Positions 59,283 through 64,000 of a DNA stretch of 64,000 nt are shown one piece after another. The notes beneath the pieces are model-generated. The model made no database searches. It was not told the DNA's origin and saw only the letters and a program-made list of their open reading frames with translations. The stretch is from positions 1,824,001 to 1,888,000 of the forward strand of contig OZ242180.1 in assembly GCA_965205485.1 (NCBI GenBank), in the 5' to 3' direction. This DNA comes from Candidatus Latescibacterota bacterium. Its GTDB lineage: Bacteria > Latescibacterota > UBA2968 > GCA-2709665. The first letter of the stretch is position 1. Each line of letters opens with the position of its first letter. Position numbers and translations under genes: made by a program.

Positions 59283-59429
59283 GGAGCGAGGGCATCCTGC
59301 CCTCGAACTTCGCGTCACCGACCCCTATTCCCGTCGAGAGACTGACTGTCCATTCAATCCCACACCGGGTCACGGAAAACACCGTGTGCGACGAGTTATC
59401 CGATGTCGAGGGCAGGATGCCCTCGCTCC
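59283..59429. repeat. Inverted REP pair GGAGCGAGGGCATCCTGCCCTCG with ~100-bp spacer
   Basis: 59283-59305 and its reverse complement at 59407-59429. Confidence 0.9.
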
Positions 59430-59627
59430 CGGGAACGCCAACCGCACCGGTCACAAATCAGTTTCTGTCCTGGACAGCCGTGGCCAAATGAGGGGGATCT
59501 GCATTGGCACTTCGAAACGACTTTCAAGAAAACCAGGTACTTACGTATCCAAAATCGTCTTTTTCAAACTATCTTGGACAGCAGTGTCAGAGTGTCTATA
59601 GATGACCGGCACGCGGAGCCTGCTTTC

Positions 59628-59760
59628 CTCCCTCTTTCCTTTAGGAGAGAGGGCCGGGGAGAGAGGTCTGCGGGGTGGTGAGGGGTTGCTTTTGCTTTTC
59701 GCCTACTTGCTTTTCGTTTTTAGCTGATGGCTGACGGCTGAGAATTGATAGCTGACAGCT
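59628..59760 (+). repeat. Composite module (copy of 16562-16685)
   Basis: 41-bp identity, then GCTTTTGCTTTT and GCTGATG/GCTGACG/GCTGACA heptamers. Confidence 0.88.
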
Positions 59761-59793
59761 TTATCTGAGGGGCCGGGAGCGAGGCCCATTAAC

Positions 59794-60318
59794 GTGGAGA
59801 ACACTGTGAAAAATGGAAACGGCACAACATCGGCGGTTCAATCCGCCGTCCTTCAGACGGGCCTGGGCCAGGTGGAGGTCGCGTGGGCAGGCACCCGTCT
59901 GGCGTCTGTCCGGCTGGGCCGCTTCGCAAGGGTCGATATCGCCCGTCCCGCGCTGGTTGACGGCAATCCCCCGGATCCGGCGGGCCAGCGCCTCCTCGAC
60001 GCGCTGGCCGGTTACTTCTCCGGTGAGCCCGTGCGGTTTCACGACCTCCCGGACCTGTCCGGACATACGGCTTTTCAGGAGATGGTCTGGCGGGCGACGC
60101 GTGAGATTCCGTATGGCGTGCGGCGGTCTTACGGCGACGTCGCCAATGCGGTCGGTCGCCCGAAGGCCGCCCGCGCGGTGGGCGCCGCGCTCGGGAAGAA
60201 CCCTTATGTGATCGTGGTGCCATGCCATCGGGTTGTGGGGGCTTCCGGGGCGTTGACGGGTTTCGCCTACGGAGGAGAATGGAAAGCCGCCCTGCTGGCG
60301 CTGGAGGGAATCGGGTGA
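59794..60318 (+). CDS. ogt: Methylated-DNA--protein-cysteine S-methyltransferase
   Basis: IPYG, AARAVG, active-site PCHRV. Confidence 0.92.
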   Translation: MENTVKNGNGTTSAVQSAVLQTGLGQVEVAWAGTRLASVRLGRFARVDIARPALVDGNPPDPAGQRLLDALAGYFSGEPVRFHDLPDLSGHTAFQEMVWRATREIPYGVRRSYGDVANAVGRPKAARAVGAALGKNPYVIVVPCHRVVGASGALTGFAYGGEWKAALLALEGIG

Positions 60319-60335
60319 CAGGGGAGAACGCGGGA

Positions 60336-61274
60336 ATGGCGGCTATGGCCGATATCGATGAGGGCGAACAGCGCCTGACGGCACAGTGGCGCAACGCGCT
60401 GCGCGGGTTCCTGGATTACGTTCACCTGGAGCAGGGTCTGGCAGAGAATACCGTATCGGCCTATGCCCGGGACCTGGAACGGTACGCCACCGTACTGGAG
60501 GCGCGGGGCGTAACAACGCCGGTCCGCGTGTCGCAGGCGGACGTATCCTCGCTTTTGCGGTTGCTGGGTGAACTCGGCCTGGAAGCGTCCAGCGTGGCGC
60601 GAAACCTCACCGCCGTCCGGATGTTTCATCGGTACCTGCAGGCGGAGGGGATGATCGAAAACGACCCCACCGAGCATATGAAGTCGCCCAAACTGGGCCG
60701 GAAACTGCCAGCTGTCCTGAACATATACGAAGTGGAACGCCTGATGATGGAGCCGGACGTGGAGACGACTCTGGGTCTCCGCGACCGCGCGCTGCTCGAG
60801 ATGTTGTACGGAGCGGGTCTCCGGGTTTCGGAACTGATCGGCCTGGAACGGATGCACCTCCTGTTCGACCTGGAGGTGGTGCGCGTGATCGGCAAGGGCA
60901 GCCGGGAGCGGATCGTGCCCATCGGATCGGAAGCCGTGGCGTGGGTCAGTCGCTATCTGACCGGCGCACGCGAGGAATTGAGCGGCCCGGCGTCGGGGAA
61001 TACGGTTTTCCTGAATTTCCGCGGCGGGGCCATGTCGCGAATGGGCGTGTGGAAGATACTGAGGCGCTTCGTTCAGAACGCCGGTATCCGGAAATCGGTG
61101 AGCCCGCACACGATGCGCCACTCGTTCGCGACCCATCTGCTGGAGGGCGGCGCCGACCTCCGCGCCGTACAGGAAATGCTGGGGCACGTGGACATTTCGA
61201 CCACACAGATCTACACCCACGTGGACCGCGAATACCTCAAAGAGGTCCACCGCTCCTTCCATCCAAGGGCATAA
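60336..61274 (+). CDS. xerD: Site-specific tyrosine recombinase XerD
   Basis: GLAENTVSAYARDL, RDRALLEMLYGAGLRVSEL, PHTMRHSFATHLLEGGADLRAVQEMLGHVDISTTQIYTHV. Confidence 0.93.
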   Translation: MAAMADIDEGEQRLTAQWRNALRGFLDYVHLEQGLAENTVSAYARDLERYATVLEARGVTTPVRVSQADVSSLLRLLGELGLEASSVARNLTAVRMFHRYLQAEGMIENDPTEHMKSPKLGRKLPAVLNIYEVERLMMEPDVETTLGLRDRALLEMLYGAGLRVSELIGLERMHLLFDLEVVRVIGKGSRERIVPIGSEAVAWVSRYLTGAREELSGPASGNTVFLNFRGGAMSRMGVWKILRRFVQNAGIRKSVSPHTMRHSFATHLLEGGADLRAVQEMLGHVDISTTQIYTHVDREYLKEVHRSFHPRA

Positions 61275-61501
61275 GAAGGAAAAAGAAAAAGGAAGAAGGA
61301 AAAAGGAAGAAATGCGGGGAGAAGGTAGACGGAAAAAAAGGGCGGGTAGAGGTAAGAGGGTAGACGATAAGATAAATGCGGGGAGACGGGAGAGGGTAGA
61401 CGTTAGAAGAAATGCGGGGAGACGGTAGAGGTGAGACGGTAGAAGAAGCCATTGCCAATATGATCCTCCAACTTGCCTGCGGCACCCATCGCCAGGCTCA
61501 C
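61274..61501 (+). repeat. Purine-rich repeat run and truncated copy of the 120-bp hairpin element
   Basis: AAGGAAG runs; repeated AAATGCGGGGAGA and GTAGAC units; degenerate core TTGCC..GCCTGCGGCAC..CTCAC; right arm missing. Confidence 0.75.
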
Positions 61502-61562
61502 GTAGCGGTTCAAGGCATCGGGGGTGCCGGTCGCGGCACATTTGGCTCATTGAAACTTTTCA

Positions 61563-62152
61563 ATGCGTGGTCATTGAGCATGCCTGCATTGAGCTTGTCG
61601 AAATGTCGAAATGCCCGTGATCTGGCAACCCGTCTACGGTCCTCTGAAGCGCAACCACTGAGACTCTCTGAACGAGCGCAGATTTGCAAGAAGCCTACAT
61701 GTACATTCTGGTTTGTTCTAACGGCAAATATTACACGGGTAGTACTAACGACGTCAGAGAAGACTTGCCAGAGAAGACTTGCCGAGCACAATGCAGGTGA
61801 AGGGGCGAATTACACACGCAAATTTCGGCCTGTCAAGTTGGTGTATCTTGAGCGGTTCTCAAGACTTGATGACGCATATTTTCGTGAAAAGCAAGTGCAA
61901 GGATGGAGTAGGAAGAAGAAGGAAGCTTTGATAAATGGCGAGAGCGCCATATTGCCACGGTTATCGAGGAATTCTCGCCAAAATCGAAAACATGGAAGAT
62001 AAGACCAGGGCCCTTATGGCCAATTTGAACTTATCCATGCGTGGTCATTGAGCTTGTCGAAATGCCCGCGATATGGAATCCTTCGACCCTTCGCCGGCCC
62101 TTCGACCCTTCGACAGGCTCAGGGACCGCAATCTCAGGGATCGGCTAAGGGC
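61563..62152 (+). mobile_element. Putative GIY-YIG nuclease unit bounded by direct REP-like repeats
   Basis: ATGCGTGGTCATTGAGC..TGTCGAAATGCCCG at 61563-61617 and 62037-62068; nested CCCTTCGACAGGCTCAGGG copies at 62080-62151; lower-GC interior. Confidence 0.55.
61684..62002 (+). pseudogene. GIY-YIG nuclease (UPF0213/YhbQ-like), frameshifted
   Basis: YMYILVCSNGKYYTGSTND, then in another frame RRLAEHNAGEGANYTRKFRPVKLVY..REKQVQGWSRKKKEALI; tandem 14-bp repeat at 61755-61782. Confidence 0.88.
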
Positions 62153-62224
62153 GCGGGTGGATGATGTTAATTGCGCTTGTCCAGTCAGGCCGCCCTCATC
62201 AACCCCATTGCGACGTTTACAACC

Positions 62225-63313
62225 ATGCAAAAAGCATTCACGGATCTCAGCGAATACCTGCAGGAGGTCGAAATCCTGTCCTCCGCGCCCTGCCGGCTGG
62301 ACGTTGGCGGCACGTGGGACCTCAAGTGCTTCGCGCTGCCCTACGCCAGCCTGAATCCCGCCACCACCAATATCGCCATCTCCGCACGCACCGGCATCCG
62401 CCTCAAAGCCTGCGAGCCGGGCTACGTCCGGATTCTGGATGAATTCCATCGCGAGACGTTTCCCGCGGACGCGCCCGACATGACGGGCCATTTCGGACTT
62501 CTGTTCGCGATCGCGGCCCACTTCGCGCTGGGAGGCGTCGAAATCGAAATCTCGTACGGCTGCCCGCCCCGCAGCGGTGTGGGCGGGTCAGGCACGCTCT
62601 CGGTGGCCCTGGCCGGAGCGCTCGCCCGCGCAAGAGAACGGGTTGGAGGCGAGCGTCTTTCGCCGGAGGAGATCGTCGAGATCGTCTACAATATCGAAGA
62701 CGGTTTGCGGTTCTCGTATACCGGCCTGCAGGACCAGTGCGCCGCCGCTTACGGGGGCGTCAATACCTGGCGGTGGACTTACGGAAACCCGGGTGGAAAG
62801 TTTCGTAGGGAGGCGATTCTCTCGCCGGACCAATACAGCGCCCTGGGCGAACGTCTTCTGGTGGCCTATATTGGCAAACCGCATGATTCGAACGACGTCA
62901 ACAGCCGGCAGGTCGAGGACTTCCTTGCGGGTCGGCATCGAGGCCGGTGGTTCCGCGTCAATGAAATCGCTACGGAGTTCGCCGGGGCGCTGAAACGGGT
63001 AGACTGGGAGGCCGCCGGCAGATTGATGAACGAGGAAACTGCGATTCGCTGCGCGATCGTTCCGGCCCGGATAACCGTGCTCGGAGAAAAGCTTCAGGCC
63101 GTTTGCGCGGAATTCGGCGCGGGTTTCGCCACGGCAGGCAGCGGTAACGGCGGATGCGTCTGGGCGCTTGCGCCGAAAGCCGATATCGTACCCGCACTCT
63201 CGACCGCCTGGAGCGAGGTACTGTCCGCCGTCCCCACGGCGCGAATCCTTCCCGCGACGGTCGATGCCGCCGGCCTTAAGGTGAAGCAGGTTTCTCCGGG
63301 ATGCCCCACGTGA
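62225..63313 (+). CDS. GHMP-family sugar kinase (HddA-like)
   Basis: SAPCRLDVGGTWD; PPRSGVGGSG; GLQDQCAAAYGG; GSGNGG. Confidence 0.85.
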   Translation: MQKAFTDLSEYLQEVEILSSAPCRLDVGGTWDLKCFALPYASLNPATTNIAISARTGIRLKACEPGYVRILDEFHRETFPADAPDMTGHFGLLFAIAAHFALGGVEIEISYGCPPRSGVGGSGTLSVALAGALARARERVGGERLSPEEIVEIVYNIEDGLRFSYTGLQDQCAAAYGGVNTWRWTYGNPGGKFRREAILSPDQYSALGERLLVAYIGKPHDSNDVNSRQVEDFLAGRHRGRWFRVNEIATEFAGALKRVDWEAAGRLMNEETAIRCAIVPARITVLGEKLQAVCAEFGAGFATAGSGNGGCVWALAPKADIVPALSTAWSEVLSAVPTARILPATVDAAGLKVKQVSPGCPT

Positions 63314-64000
63314 ACGCAGATTCTGAAATTGTCTCGCGGAGACACCTGCTATCCATCATGATTCCCGTTTACAACGAGGAGAATACGCTTGAGGCCGTGA
63401 TCGAACGTGTCAGGGCCGTGCCGGTTCAGGAAGGCGTTGACAGGGAAATCATCGTGGTGGATGACGGCTCCACCGACGGGACCGGAGCCATACTGGAGAA
63501 TCTGAACCATCACGTTATCAGGGTGGTCCGCCATCTCCGGAACATGGGAAAGGGCGCGGCGGTCAGAACGGCCCTGACGCATGCAACCGGAGACTGGGTC
63601 CTCATTCAGGATGCGGACCTGGAATACGCGCCCGAAGACTACCCTGAACTGATCGCCCCCTTTCTGAGAGACCCGTCCATCGTCGCGGTGTTCGGTTCGC
63701 GTTTCCTTGGCCGGATCGAAGGCATGAAGCTGCCTAACTTCATCGCCAACAAACTGCTCACCTGGTTTACGAACGTCCTCTTTCATTCACGGATTACCGA
63801 CCTTTGTACAGGGTACAAACTCTACCGGACCGAAGTCGTGCGTGAGATTCCACTCGTTCGGGACGGCTTCGACCTGGAACACGAACTCACGGCCAAGCTC
63901 CTGAAACGAGAGTGCCGGATCGTCGACGTCCCGATAAAGTACACAGGGCGGGACGTGAGCGCCGGCAAGAAGGTGCGCTGGACCGATTTCTTCATCAACA
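63310..64000 (+). CDS. Glycosyltransferase family 2 (DPM1-like), truncated by the window end
   Basis: Manual translation from GTG 63310: LSIMIPVYNEE, IIVVDDGSTDGT, NMGKGAA, IQDADLEY, FGSRF. Confidence 0.9.
   Translation, partial: MNADSEIVSRRHLLSIMIPVYNEENTLEAVIERVRAVPVQEGVDREIIVVDDGSTDGTGAILENLNHHVIRVVRHLRNMGKGAAVRTALTHATGDWVLIQDADLEYAPEDYPELIAPFLRDPSIVAVFGSRFLGRIEGMKLPNFIANKLLTWFTNVLFHSRITDLCTGYKLYRTEVVREIPLVRDGFDLEHELTAKLLKRECRIVDVPIKYTGRDVSAGKKVRWTDFFIN

Noticed and set aside
60336..61274. Prophage or integron integrase
   Set aside because: Motifs match housekeeping XerD; no integron-integrase insertion, attC array or phage genes.
61412..62002. 196-aa ORF as one protein
   Set aside because: The N-terminal half is translated repeat DNA; the real GIY-YIG N-terminus is in another frame starting at 61684.

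Overview
GC-rich bacterial chromosomal segment. The gene content (many enolase-superfamily, DHDPS-like, Gfo/Idh/MocA, PhyH, BNR and heparinase-like genes) suggests an uncultured heterotroph such as Latescibacterota or a relative; this is inference only. From left to right: an orphan HTH-like gene behind a sigma54/IHF promoter; a secreted VOC protein; a sugar-acid catabolism operon; a RamA/RamB-like ABC exporter pair with no visible substrate gene; oxidoreductases; heparinase-, sialidase-, SHMT- and homocysteine-methyltransferase-like genes; a MazEF-type toxin-antitoxin pair; two sigma54-driven Hsp20 genes; a long minus-strand glycosylation region (several GT-C/YfhO/TPR membrane proteins, GT2/GT4, flippase, a C-methyl-sugar cassette) interrupted by a frameshifted AddAB-like helicase-nuclease pair; hisG-D-C-B; uvrC, ogt, xerD; a repeat-flanked GIY-YIG nuclease gene; a GHMP kinase and a truncated GT2. 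I found no rRNA, tRNA or CRISPR array. The most unusual signal is non-coding: at least eight families of dispersed palindromic or hairpin repeats that stack and nest at shared intergenic sites. They include a ~120-bp hairpin element in 7 same-strand copies and a self-nesting TTCGACAAGCTCA palindrome family whose copies bracket the GIY-YIG gene, a candidate nuclease-associated repeat system. Several genes carry small indels that may be assembly errors.
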